From Bugula neritina (taxonomy: Eukaryota; Animalia; Bryozoa): DNA of 64,000 bases. The DNA is taken from the NCBI GenBank assembly GCA_964035545.1, contig OZ037768.1:7534741-7598740 (forward strand). The letters are read 5' to 3'. The notes below the pieces were generated by a model that was not told the origin of the DNA, searched no databases, and saw nothing but the letters and a program-made list of their open reading frames with translations. The first letter of the stretch is position 1; every line of letters starts with the position of its first letter. Both the position numbers and the translations under genes were made by a program. Below, piece by piece: positions 38,601 to 51,500 of this stretch.

Positions 38601-41600
38601 ATTGCGTCTAAGAAGGAAACTAGTTGTGGAGAATCTAAGATGTGAGTTTGGCATACTTTATTGTAATTTTTTCAATTGTTCAATTGACTCAGACACTTAA
38701 TGATGCATATAAAGATTTTCCATGTCATTTCATTGTGAAATACTTCCAAGTCCAATTATTCTGCGGTACTTGCTGCAGGAGTGAGTCACAACACGAATTG
38801 ATGACAGAGTTGAATGAGCAAGAACCAATCAAAGATCTGATTGCTGATGCAGAGATGGAAGATGATGCAGAAATTCCCGAGGAGATTGTTACCATTTCCT
38901 CCAAGACTGCTAAACCTCTAGAGCTATCGCATGCTTTAAATGGTAAAACTTTAACTTCCATATTGGTAAGAAATAATAAAGGTGTTGCTGCTGTATTGGC
39001 ATTGTAACTAATAATGTAGCTTTTAACTGCATTAAGCTTTGGTATGTATTTCAATTTCTCACAATCCCAATGTATCCAGATGTGAAAAGCAACAAGAGAG
39101 TTGCTTCGGCCAGAGTGGGTAGACTGAGACCACTCAGGAAATTGTCCAACGATGTGAAGTTGGAAGATGATGCAGAAATCCTTGAAGATACCATGGACAT
39201 CTCTCCTAAGACTGTTAAGCCTGTAGAGCTCTCACCTGTTTATAATGGTATAACTTTACTTTTTATTCTTTATTTTATAACAAATAGCAAATCATTTTGT
39301 TATTGTAATTAACTGTTCTGAATTTATGTATATGTTTCATATTTACTGAAAGAGTTTGAATGTATCCAGATGTGAAAAGCAACAAGAGAGTTGCTTCAGC
39401 CAGAGTGGGTAGACTGAGACCACTCAGGAAATTGTCCAACGATATCGAGATGGAAGATGATTCAGAGATTCCTGAAGAGATCATGGACATCTCTCCTAAG
39501 ACTGCTAAACCTGTAGAGCTCTCACCTGTTTCAAAAGGTGTCATTTTAATTTTTATGCTGTATTTATTAAAAAAGATTTTGTTGTTGCATTGGTGTTGTA
39601 ACTTATCTTACTTTATATTTCATAGCCAGTGAGTGGTTGTTGGGGCACCACAAATGAGTTGAAAAGCTCCCCCCAATTCTCCCACCACCCCCCCCCCCCC
39701 CCCCGACTGCCGGCCTTTCACTTTTCTCCAGATAGTGTTGAGAGTAATATGGTCTACTCTTGGACATTGTCTTTACAACGTTTCCTCTACTTTCTTTATC
39801 CTTGACTTTCTGATATCATCCTTTGAATAATGGTGTTTTCAAGGTCATGTGATCTTGTAATATGCTCATACCATTTCAGTTTAAGTGAGGAGGTTATTAT
39901 AGCATGCAAAGCCCTTTAGATTTGGTTTGGAACTAGCTTCTTCATTTGTCTGTATGGTATTTTTGTATAACGTGAAAAATGTTTGGTACCATCTTATTTC
40001 CAAGGCTTAATTGAAGGTCAGCTGTGAGCCCAATCAGTTGGATAAAGAAGGCTGATGTCAAAAGAATTGCAGTAGTCTGATTTTGTGCTTGCTGATAGTT
40101 TTGTCTTTCCAGGTGATGAAAGTCCTTATCACTAGTTTGTGGTCACTTTCTATGTCTCCCATTCAAAAGGTTCTGGTTTTGGCAATATTGATATTCTTTA
40201 CCATAATGTAATCCATTCAGGGTGATGTTCTAAGTCTATTTCTTATGTGTAAACAGACAAGTTTGATTGCCAGAATGAGGCTGTGAACTCCAAAAGTCAT
40301 AATCCATTGTCATTGGTTGTTGGTGTAGCTAATAATGTAATCAGTGTTTTTGAACTTAGGTGTGTATTTCACTTGTCCTGAATAAGTTTTAATGTATCTA
40401 GGTGTGAAAAGCAACAACAGAGTTGCTTCAGCCAAGATGGGTAAGCTGAGACCACTCAAGAAGTTGCCCAACCGTGTGAAGTTCGAAGATGATTCGGAAA
40501 TCATCGAAGAGATCATGGACATTTCCCCTAAGGCTACCAAGCCTCTAGAGCTCTCGCCTGTTTCCAATGGTATAATCTTACTTTTAATTTTTTTTGTTTC
40601 TGCGTTGGCATTGTAACTAAGAATAATTGTAATTAAATGCTTTGAACTTATGTATGTATCTCATATTTACTGAAAGAGTTTGAATGTATCCAGATGTGAG
40701 AAGCAACAAGAGAGTTGCTTCAGCCAGAGTGGGTAGACTGAGACCACTCAGGAAATTGTCCAACGATGTGGAGTTGGAAGATGATGCAGAAATCTTTGAA
40801 GAGATCATGGAAATCTCTCCTAAGGCTGCTAAACCTGTAGAGCTCTCACCTGTTTCTAATGGTATATATAACTTTACTTTCTATTTTTTATAAAAAATAA
40901 AAAAGAATTTGTTGCTACATTAGCAGTGTAACTAATCATTGTAATTAACTTTTTTGAAATTATGTACTTATTTCATGTTTTCTGAAAGATTCTTAATGTA
41001 TCCAGATGTGAGGATTAACAAGAGAGTTACTTCAGCCAGAGTGGGTAAACTGAGGCCACTCAAAGAATTGTCCAACGATGTGGAGGTGGAAGAGGATGCA
41101 GAAATCCCAGAGGAGATTGTTAACATATCTTCTAAGACTGCCAAATCTCTAGAACTCTCGCATGTCTCTAAGGGTATGTCTTAACTTTTTATTTTTTATA
41201 AGAAATAAAAAAATTGTTGCCAAATGGTGGTGCATAATAACTTAGAAACTTAGTTCACTTAAACTCTAAATTAAATGTTTGTAATTCGATATTAAACTTA
41301 CTTTTACAGAGCGAGTCCTTATGTATCCAGATGTGAGGCGCAACAAGAGAGTTGATTCAGCAAGATCGAGGCAGTAAGCCTGTTTTAAATTATTTATTTT
41401 AGTATCTTTAGGTTAACATCTTCAGCTAGTTGGCTAATTAGTAAGTTACTGAAAGTTAAAAAAGGATTTAACAATTCACCCTTTTCCTTATATATGTTTT
41501 TGCATACAGCCGGTATAAGTAATTGAAATTGTGATTTTTATAACAATGAAATTGTGGTGGTTACAACAATAGACTCACTATAAACCACACCCATCATTTT

Positions 41601-43148
41601 ATAGATTTTAAATATAAAACTTGCATGTGCATGCTTTTATTAAAACCTATGTTTATTGTTATCAAATATGTATGCATGCTACCCAATAATACGATGTCTG
41701 GTAAAATATACTAGCTTTGGCTAATTTCTGTTTCTTAGCGCCACATACGGTAGTAATACTAATGATAAAATGTTGTATCTTAGGAAAGTAAAGCCCATTC
41801 ACAAGATGAATTCTGATATTGCTACAATACCAGAGGAAAAGGATGTACTCTCTGAAAGTCCTTGGTCTTGTAAGCATCACATAATTTTTCTTTTTACAGA
41901 GTAAATTGCTGAAATATAATTACTGAAACATTGCTTAGCTCTGTTGTGTGTGACTATGAAACAATGTTGTCTGGTAAATTCCGTAAAACTGAAATATACT
42001 GATAGGCAAATGCAGAAATGACTAAAATGAGCTGTATACATGATCTGTGAATTTTTGTTAAGAGTTGTAACGTATTTAATTCTAGCTGACAGTCCATTGA
42101 GAGTGTCCTCGGCAAGCATAACCAGTACTAGGACACCTGACATGTAAGCACTTTTATTATATTCAAAGAATTGTAACAACTGCTGTTATTTATTATGTAC
42201 AATAATGTCTGTATACTTTAAATAAAGTTTCTAAAAAGATGCAGCTTTTTTAAATTGTGAAGTTATTTATTTTATTGCAAAATTAACTGCGCATCACCTG
42301 TTGCTTGTTTTCACAGAAATAATATTATCCAGATGCTCATTGTGACACTGTTTTTGCTTTTAGTAAACCTAGTGATGTTCTTAGAAGTCCTACACCAATT
42401 GATATGGACACCACATGGCTTAGTAAACAGGAGAATGCAACCATAACAAGAATATCTCCTTCTATAAATTCCATAGATGGTAGAGAAGATGGCCACCAGG
42501 TCAAAACAAGTAATGCAGTGAAACCAAACACCAATTTTCAGAGTAAGATTAACTATTAATGTTTTGACTTTTTTACACACCTGTATTTTTATACCACAGA
42601 AATATTATTATGACAGTTTAAATCTTTTCTAGCTTCTGATATTTATATATTAGTTGAAAATATTATTTTCAAAATCGGTGCTTTTAAGTGCCCTTTGCCG
42701 CCTGCTTATGTTATTTGTTTTTACATATTTTTAGAAGTAAATAAAAGCATTTTCTTGCATTTAAAAGACATTCAAACTTCAATTTTAAAATACGTTAAAA
42801 TTGAACGGCAAGGCTAATCATATAAAATATATACATGCTTTAGTATTTTTTCTATTCTCACTTATCTCCGCTTTGTCCTGTTCAGGTAGCGGGATATACA
42901 TGCTTTAGTATATTCTTCGTAAATGTTGATACATTTATTTTTGTTTATTAGGTTCTGGGGATCTTGAAATTATTGGTAAAAGTGTTCTTTCTAAACCTTT
43001 CCCCCCACAAAGACAGGCCAATAAATACTTGCAACAGCCTTACATTCCACGACCACCAAAAAATGCAGAAGTAAACACTGTTGCTAAAGCTAACCGTGAA
43101 GCTTTGAAAGCGATTAGACTGAAAAGAATGAAAAGGCAGGCAAAGTGA
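35609..43148 (+). CDS. Orphan gene B: ~729-aa charged repeat protein with five 56-aa exon-encoded repeats
   Basis: In-frame chain (2190 nt): 35609-35789, 37009-37063, 37180-37304, 37707-37743, 37937-38106, 38581-38641, 38779-38942, 39080-39247, 39370-39537, 40402-40569, 40694-40861, 41006-41173, 41310-41373, 41784-41869, 42333-42542, 42952-43148. Possible extra exons 41510-41518 and 42086-42143; structure near 42.1-42.3 kb is ambiguous. Ends EALKAIRLKRMKRQAK*. AATAAA at 43802. Confidence 0.75.
37342..37535 (-). mobile_element. tRNA-derived SINE, diverged copy in a gene B intron
   Basis: Homologous along its length to 14434-14640 and 59341-59545. Confidence 0.75.
39625..40310 (-). mobile_element. 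Decayed 3' fragment of an RTE-clade LINE
   Basis: Minus strand ~39882-39750 reads KLKWYEHITRSHDLENTIIQ...RKRCKDNVQE*T, resembling the RTE ORF C-terminus (LKWYGHVTRS.GLAKTILQG...KRWEDNIKEWTG), then a GTGGTGCCCCAAC tail. It enlarges this intron to 864 nt versus 122-144 nt for sister introns. The upstream boundary is approximate. Confidence 0.7.
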
Positions 43149-43300
43149 CTTATTTTAATTTATTTATTTATTTTTATTTTAAATTATAATTTGCATATTT
43201 ATATATTATCTTAGTTTTTACCAAACTCATTTGTGAATTTTTTACGTTTATTTTTTTAGTTGAAATACCTTCTTGTTTTCCAATAGCCCAATAGTAGATT

Positions 43301-43732
43301 GAAGACAGCATGTGCTCAGAGATGAAAGAATAGAATGAATATCCATGTGTCTGGTGTCTGAGCGTTGGTGGGACCGGGAGGTGTGACGGGCGGTCTGATT
43401 AATATTTTCGGGGTAGGGATAACCTCCTTGATCTGTCACTTTCTTTTGCAGTCAGTACTCATCACTGGTTAGATGTTGCTATGCTTTGGCAGAGTAATGT
43501 AGTGTAGCTTAGCTTCGTGACTGACTATGAATCAGTCATTGCACACGAAATCCTACACGGCTGGTGTTTGTCTGCTGCCTGTATATTGGGGTGCTTTTCT
43601 CGCTGGGGTATCGCCGCCTGACTTATATTTTGATGGCAGATCTTGAGCGCTGAATGGTTTCATTTTCTCGTAGTCACCTTAAACATGGGTGCACAGCCTA
43701 TTTAATTCTGAACTGAGTACATGCTGAACTTC
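43301..43732 (+). other. Structured 3'-UTR RNA element, copy B
   Basis: 43343-43701 is ~90% identical to 11867-12226. It is closed by a B-specific stem, 43306-43319/43713-43726. Lies between the gene B stop (43148) and AATAAA (43802). Confidence 0.8.
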
Positions 43733-45595
43733 CCCTCCCATATTCCTTTACAGTTTAGTTTCATTTTAATTTTCCTTTTTTCATTGAGTTTACATCATGT
43801 AAATAAATATACAATACATTACTGCACATATAAAAATGCATTCTTTTATTGCAGCTCAATATATTATTTTAGCTTTTGTCAATTTTAAATGGTGAAACTT
43901 GAAACATCTTTCTTTGTCATAATTAATCACAACAACTCTTAGTTTCATATACAGTTTCCACTGCTAAATGAGCGGCAGTTGATGAGATCATAAATGTATT
44001 TGCTTAGCAAAAATATTTATTTAGTTGGAACTATTTAATTGACTCGATGATTTGTAATAAAAAATAATGATTAGGCTTACAAAATAAACAACAAAAGTAA
44101 TATAAAAATTTAATATAACCTATAAATTTTAAGAAATGTAAATTGATTATGTGTTGTTGCTGGAATTGGTTAATAGCTTACCTTAAATGTTAAGGGTTTG
44201 AAATGTTTGAATATAAATTAATATCACAAGCAGAAAAATACAACAAAGGTTTGCTCAACAATAATATGTTCATTCATTTGTAATGGCTAGCAAAACTCTG
44301 AGCATTTATATATAAAACATGTAAGTAGAAAAATATAAGTAGAAGCCTAAAGGATATTAGTACATTGCACAACACTTATGAAATATACAACTACAAAAAA
44401 TATGTTGATTGATCTTCAAACGCCTCAGCGATAGTCTGTGTACAAATCAAAATACAAGTATCAATCCAACAAACATTATAAATTACATCTTTCATATAAA
44501 TAAATAGGCTATGGCCACAAGGAACGGATTTCTGAACGAACCATTATCGGCAAAAAAGGCTGTTTTGTGCGGATTTCATGTCAAAATGCTGCCAAAAGTT
44601 TCTGCGGTAATGATCTAATTGGCTGATCCTTATTAAGTTTTACATTATCCTTACAAATTGTTGAGAATAGCAAGTGAGATTTCAAAATGAAAGCATGTAT
44701 GAAAGGGCAGTAAAGCTATTGGCAAATACAACAGGTTACTTGAGTTTCATTTCCACACCATATTGCATGTGGTTTCTAACATGAAATTCCGCTTCATGTG
44801 ACCCTAGTTTTAGACAGCAGCATAGCACGTTGCTGAGCAATATGCTAGAGCTATGTTACAGCTATGATGTATTTAGACTAAAAATAGATTAGCATAATCT
44901 ACATGTTACTACAAAAATACCAAATTTAATACTAGAGCTCAATACAAAAATAATTCAGCGTTTTTTAATTCTTTTCATCTAGTAGCAATGTAACTTAAAA
45001 TAAACTTTAAACAAGTCAGTGTCAGTAATGAGTTGGTTACATGTTTATTGGCACCTCGACTTTGAGGACTACGTCATCAAGATGAAATGACAAAATCAGC
45101 TCCACAGGCCATATTACATCTGTAAAATTCCATGTTACTCCGCCTTTACTTGTAGCTAATATAGTTTACTGGTGGCTACAATAAATAACACAGAGTACTG
45201 GCTCATTACATAAACAACAATAACTGATAGAATTATACATTTTTATTATCTTAATAAGTTACAGTAGTACATAGTTCCATATCTGTTAGAGAATATTTTA
45301 TTTAATTCTAGTCAAATGATTTAGTGTGGCTATGGCTTCAGCCAAATTGAACTAAACTAAACTATCTGCCCTCTGATTGGCTAATTTTGTGTAGTAACTT
45401 GAATAAAAGACAGAAACCCTATCAGCAAGTAAATATAAATGAGGAAAGGAGAAGTGAACACATTGTTTTTCTCACAGATTAACAAGATAATGCACACACA
45501 CCCATAGTTTAAGCAGTTGAAAAAAGCTGGTAGTGTAACCATGCTTCCAAAATAAAAGGTAAGTCACATAATGGACAAGTTAGTTAATCAATGCC

Positions 45596-48500
45596 TCAGT
45601 AAGTCTCTCTTACCCTGGTCTTAGTCCGGGTTTTAGGAGGGAGAGGAGGGATAAAGTCTTGAGTATTGTGTGTTGCAACATTGCTTGTACTTATAGTTGA
45701 GCTTCTAGTTGAATTCTACAAAAAAAAGACAGTGTTATTATTATAGTCTCAAACCAGCTATACATTTATCAACACCCAACATTGACTGTGGAAATAATGC
45801 CAATTTCCACCAAATGTCTGTGTCAGGAGTTATTTTCCCAATGTTTTTAGTAAGTATCACAAAATGTTGGGAAATTTTACAGAAAATATTGATAACCAGT
45901 TTTAATGGCATCACAATAGTGGGCTATTCGGGCTATTGGTTAATCTCAAAGTAATATGATTCATTGTATTTCAAAATTTAATAAATGATGAATTATTCCA
46001 ATAAATTTATTATATTAAAGGGAGCTGCTATTTTTAGAAACAAAAAACCAACATCATGAATCATTCTACTGTAAGAAATATTTTTTAAAATAATAGAAGA
46101 CGCAACGAAAATATGATAATGTTTTAATAAATAAACGAAATATTACTAACAGCGGTCACTTGCTGAAGTGGGGGTTGTCTGCCCTTCATATCCATGTAGC
46201 TTGCAGGTGAAGGCTGTGTGGGTGGGGTAGGATGACCAGATGTCCAAAGTTCGCCATAATCTGGTCTGGCTACATCTTGCTGGCCACAAGGTTCAGTGAG
46301 CAAATGATTCCAGTTGGACAACGGAAGCTGTGAGAGAAATAATAACCACATAAATGAAAGGGTATGTTATAAAAGTGAAACATTCCTATATTTGTAATTC
46401 CTGAAGAAAATCAACTAAAAATTTATAATGCAGTAAATTTAAAACAGATTTGTGACTATTAGCGCAGAGCCTAGCATATACATTTCATTATAAATGTTGA
46501 TTATAATACTTGAGCTAATATGTTATTATTGTATTTTGTGATATGAAGTGCTTGTTTACTAACAAGATTAAAGACTAAAAGAACAATGTAAACTCCAATC
46601 ACGTGATGATGACAGAGGTGCTCCGAGAGGAAACTGGAGAAACTTACCTTCTGGTGATACTTGACCAGATCCTCCAGAGTCTTGTGCACCTTCGGTTCAC
46701 CGACAACCACGTACTTGTTACTGGGGGTCGGGTCAACCATATAATGGCGACAGCGAGTTTCCGCTCTGAAACAATACAGCATGCCATTGGCAGCAGGTGG
46801 ACACGTATTTTGAAATGAAAATAATTTATTTGAAAACCCCACATTTTGATGAGTTTTTATTCAACATCTATATAACCATACACATATGTATAATAAATAG
46901 AGAATATGACTCTGTGGCTGAAAACGACACCTACCTAAATGTTAGAACATAGCCGAGTCTTTTCTCACTCAGTCTTATCATAAATGAACCAACAGATTTC
47001 AACAACAGCATTTTCTCTGCCTTCCTGAAATGGTAGATTTAATATATGAATTTAGGATAGCGAAAAAGCCAAATGTTATAAACTTTTTACTTACGCAAAA
47101 TAAAAATTTCTTCGCAAACAAATCAGCGGTTAGTTTTTAAAAGTTGACCATGTAACCATTCACTAAAACCAACAGTATTTAGCAAAAACCTTGTGACCAA
47201 CAGCTGACAACTTACGCTCTAGGTATTATACCGTGAAACCATTCATAGGGTCTTTCACTGAAAGGTTCTAATAGTTTCTGCAGCTGTGATGTTTGAAACC
47301 ACTTGACTGTAGTATTTCTAGCGCCAACTGGACCATACAGATTAGAGAGAATCTCAGCTCTGTGTGCCATTGAATAATCGTCTTCTATGATCTCGTCATC
47401 TTCAGCCATTCCATTGTATCCCAGCTGACTAAACCTTTCCTGTAACATTGTCAGTACAAAACTACTACCTTAACACAAACTTGTTACATTACTACGTGAA
47501 AATATTACAAACACAACACGAAATATGAATGACAATGATTTTCTTATATTTCCAAAAGTAGAACAAGCCTTGCATTAGAGTGGACTAGCTGGTAACATTT
47601 AAAATACAATAATGCTTTAGTCATTTTACTTGTCAAGGTGAAGCTGTAAGAGTACATCTTCTTATTGAATACAAATCCCAAGTTCTTAGTACGGAAAGTG
47701 TAGTTTTGATAAATGCCAGAATCAGTAAAGCATCAAGTACAAAAAATTTAATCAATTTAAACAGAACTACCGAATTTCTTTGCATGAATTGAAAAGTTAT
47801 GTCAAAAGTTTCGAATAAAATTAGTAGTCAACCAAGACTATCGCTTAATTTAATCTAATTTTTGATTTTTTTAAACCCAACAAGAAAATAATTATTAAAT
47901 GTTTATAGTGGCATTTTATTGCTTTGATATGTAACATTACACATGACATAGAAATTTCAGGCAGTTGAAACACATAGACTTAACTACTTTCTCAGGTATA
48001 AACCAATTAAGAATACCATAACAGTTACGACCGATACCCTGTACCAACCCCACCAGTTAGGTTTACCAGGGAGCCTGCTGTAACAACGCCACCAACACAT
48101 CAAGGAAGATAATAACACCAACTGCTACACCAAACAATAAGCTTGACCATGTATTACAGGCACGTGAGTAATGCTGAGGTAAATGGTGGTTAAAAGTTAA
48201 CAAACATCTCAATTTTTGTATTGCTATTTTCAAAGCTTCTTCTTTTAGCCATAGAAACCAACACTAAGTTATGCATTGAAGGTTGGTTCTAGGCTTATTG
48301 ACAACCACCACCTGTTTGTCTTCCATCTAGACACATTTCATTCCATTAACACTTACTTCTACAGAAGATAATTTTAACATCTTAGTGTTTGGGAAAAACT
48401 TCAAAACCTTTAAGCTATCAACAGTAGTCTTTGCCCCTTTCTTTAAAAACTCACCACACACCAACCCTTTCCAAGTTGATTCACAGATATGCAGAAGCTT

Positions 48501-51500
48501 TCAGGAGGACACAAGTCCCAGCAAAATAGATGAATGGGATGAGGAGATTGGGACAGAGGTTGGACATAACAGACAATATTACCTGAAGTTTTAATTGATG
48601 CAGCTCATGAAAACTGTGAGCTAAAATCCTACTAAGTCTTGGCTTAGTACGAATTTCCTGCAAGTAAGTTACTGCAACTATTGTCAGTATTCATACTCAA
48701 CATAACAAATCAACATATCCTAGTCATATTATGCTGAAGCTGGTCATAAATGTTTAACTAAACTTACAACGAATGACTGACATCGATTGTCGCTGTATAT
48801 ATTTCTAAGAGAGGCTGTATGATTGTGTCGTAGCTGAGGTTTAAAATCTGTTGGAGAGCGTACAGCGGGTGGTAGTGGTGAAGGGCTGGGTAATAAGGGT
48901 AATACTGGCAATGGATCTTGGACTGATCTACTTGGTCTTCTTACTCGTGGAATTGGTAAGTCATTTGGCTCAACTATAAACAAAGAAAATCTTAGCTTAC
49001 GCCTGCAATGGATTCATTAAACTTAGCAATTTAATAGGTAAGAAGTAAGTACATTTAGTCAGCCCAACAATTAACTTACTTATTCAATTAAAAATATTAA
49101 TTTTATTGTTTATATGAGAAACATTCATGGATATAATGAATTAATATATTTCTCATTGAGCTTAAAACTTTATTACCGAGAATATTGTTCATAGCATTAA
49201 CAGTAATGTGAGTGTGTCACATTACATGAATGTGTCACATTTCATGAGTGTGTCACATCACATGAGTGTGTCACATCACGCAAGTGTGTCACATCACATG
49301 AGGGTGTCACATCACGCGAGTGTGTCACAAGAAGACGGTACTCACTGGACACACTGCCGACAGAGTATGTGGAGAGTCGCTGAGGTTTCACAGGTCGAGC
49401 AGGTCTGTCTGAGTCGGCAGGAACGGAATTCAGTGGAACTGAGTTTAGCTGTTTAGTCACTAGACTGACGGCGTGTTTCCTTTCAGCTTCCGCTGCTGCT
49501 TCGGCTCTTTTCTCACCTTCATATTATAAAATGGCTGAACTGGTTGCATAGAAACATTATAAAGTTGGTTTATGCTACCATGGAATATTAGATACCATTG
49601 ATTTACAAATGATACACAAATCCTTGTTTTCTAAGAAATCCTCAAGGGCATACAACTCACCAGCCTTCCTTTCACGTTCCTTGATTTCATGCTGAATAAC
49701 TACAGTCTGGTTAGTGAGAAACAGCTCGCTATTAGTCTGTATACCCAACAAGAAGTTCTTCACATATACCTTGTGTTGTTCAGAAACTTCTCTTAGCCTG
49801 TGCACATACTTTCTAGCCAAGAAGCCACGCGCCACTAGAAATACAAACTATTACACCTGCAGGCAACAGCTACGCAAAACAAATTAAAACATTATTATTT
49901 TTACAACATATAAGATTGAAACTTTGCACTATAAATTCAAAGGTTTGGAAAATATCTTGGTATAACAAGAAACATCTTTTTTTCTAGAAAAAAACACACA
50001 ATTTATAATTTTCAAGTTACTCAAATAGTAATTATCAGATCTACAACTAGCCAAACATACCAGCCTGAAGTGTGACGGTAGCCCCAATAACAGCAGATAA
50101 ATCTTTAGCCAATACTTCTGCATGGTGGTGTTTCAGAAACACTTTGGTTTTACTAAAACAACGTAAATGAAATGTTGATACAATTTTATGACTAACTGGG
50201 CTTAACTAACCCTGTCCATGCATAAATGTAATCCATATTTAAAATAACCATCAACTAGTGTGATTAAAACATTTGCTTGAGTTGGGGAAAAAATAACCAA
50301 TGTAACATGTACCCGATGTGCCAGTTTGTAAGATTGGCTTTACGTAATATTTGTTTGCACGTTTCTCCATCTATTGGCACATCCGAGTGGAGAATGAGGG
50401 GTTTGTATGTGCTAATGAAGTCAGGGATCAAAGGTCGGAAGGCGTAGCCATCTCTCCTGATCTGAACTGTTTGCAGCATGCCAGTATATGAGAGCTGCAA
50501 GATTACGTGCACAGACAACTAAACTTAGTGATACAGAAAACATGTGTTATACATAACGTAGGCTATACATAACACCAATCTAAGCACAATATTAATTCAT
50601 TTTACTCAGCTATTATAAAAATATGAAAGTCATTAGCATATACCAAAATGATGTGGAATATTAAAGCTTTAAACCAAAACTGTTGAGGCAAAACCATACT
50701 ATTTTTGTATATTAATTCATCGAAAAACTATCAACATATTTGAATTATAAATATAAGGACTGATTGCTAAAGACTTCATCAATAAGCTTTATATATATCG
50801 AGGACACAACTCCTCTAGTTATGTACAATTATCAAGATAATAAAATTTATTTTTTGGATGTTTTTATAAAAGCTCACCTTTAAAAGCGGTGAAACATAAA
50901 CATCAATTATAACACTTAAGTAGGCTAGAAAACACAATTTTTGTTGATGAGAAATACACAAATATTAAGAAAATGATGAGATTTAAACAGCATTAGTTGT
51001 ACTCTAATAGTAATAGTTGATTTGGAATCACAATGACTACTATAGAATTGACTAGACTATACTAAAGCAATAGTAAAAGAGTATTGCACCAAATGTAAAA
51101 CTGATCCTAACTCACTTGAGATAAGATGTACTTATCATCAAACTCTCCTGCCAGCCGACTAGCATTTGGTTTGAGACATCTTATGAAATGAGGGTTTGCT
51201 TTTGACATCTGCCTGATGAGCTCCTGGAGGGAGTTCTGTAGAGACATAGGGTATAGTCATACATATATATAGCACTTAGTTAGTATAAGATGAAGAAAAT
51301 AAAATGCCTTTTAGCAGGTCTTGAGCTCTTATTGCTATGTGATATAATCCCTCATCCATTAAACTATCAGACCAACCACAAGGAAAGGAAGCCTGAATAG
51401 TAAGCATGGTAAGTTCACACTACTCTGTGGATCCTTAACATAAATTCATGGCACTCTGCTGGCACAAATACTGTACATACAATTTATGCTTGTACATCCA

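Noticed and set aside
38725-40808. Antisense ORFs over gene B repeats (and similar ones over gene A, PIPOX and myosin exons)
   Set aside because: Shadow frames of real exons; no independent splice or start context.
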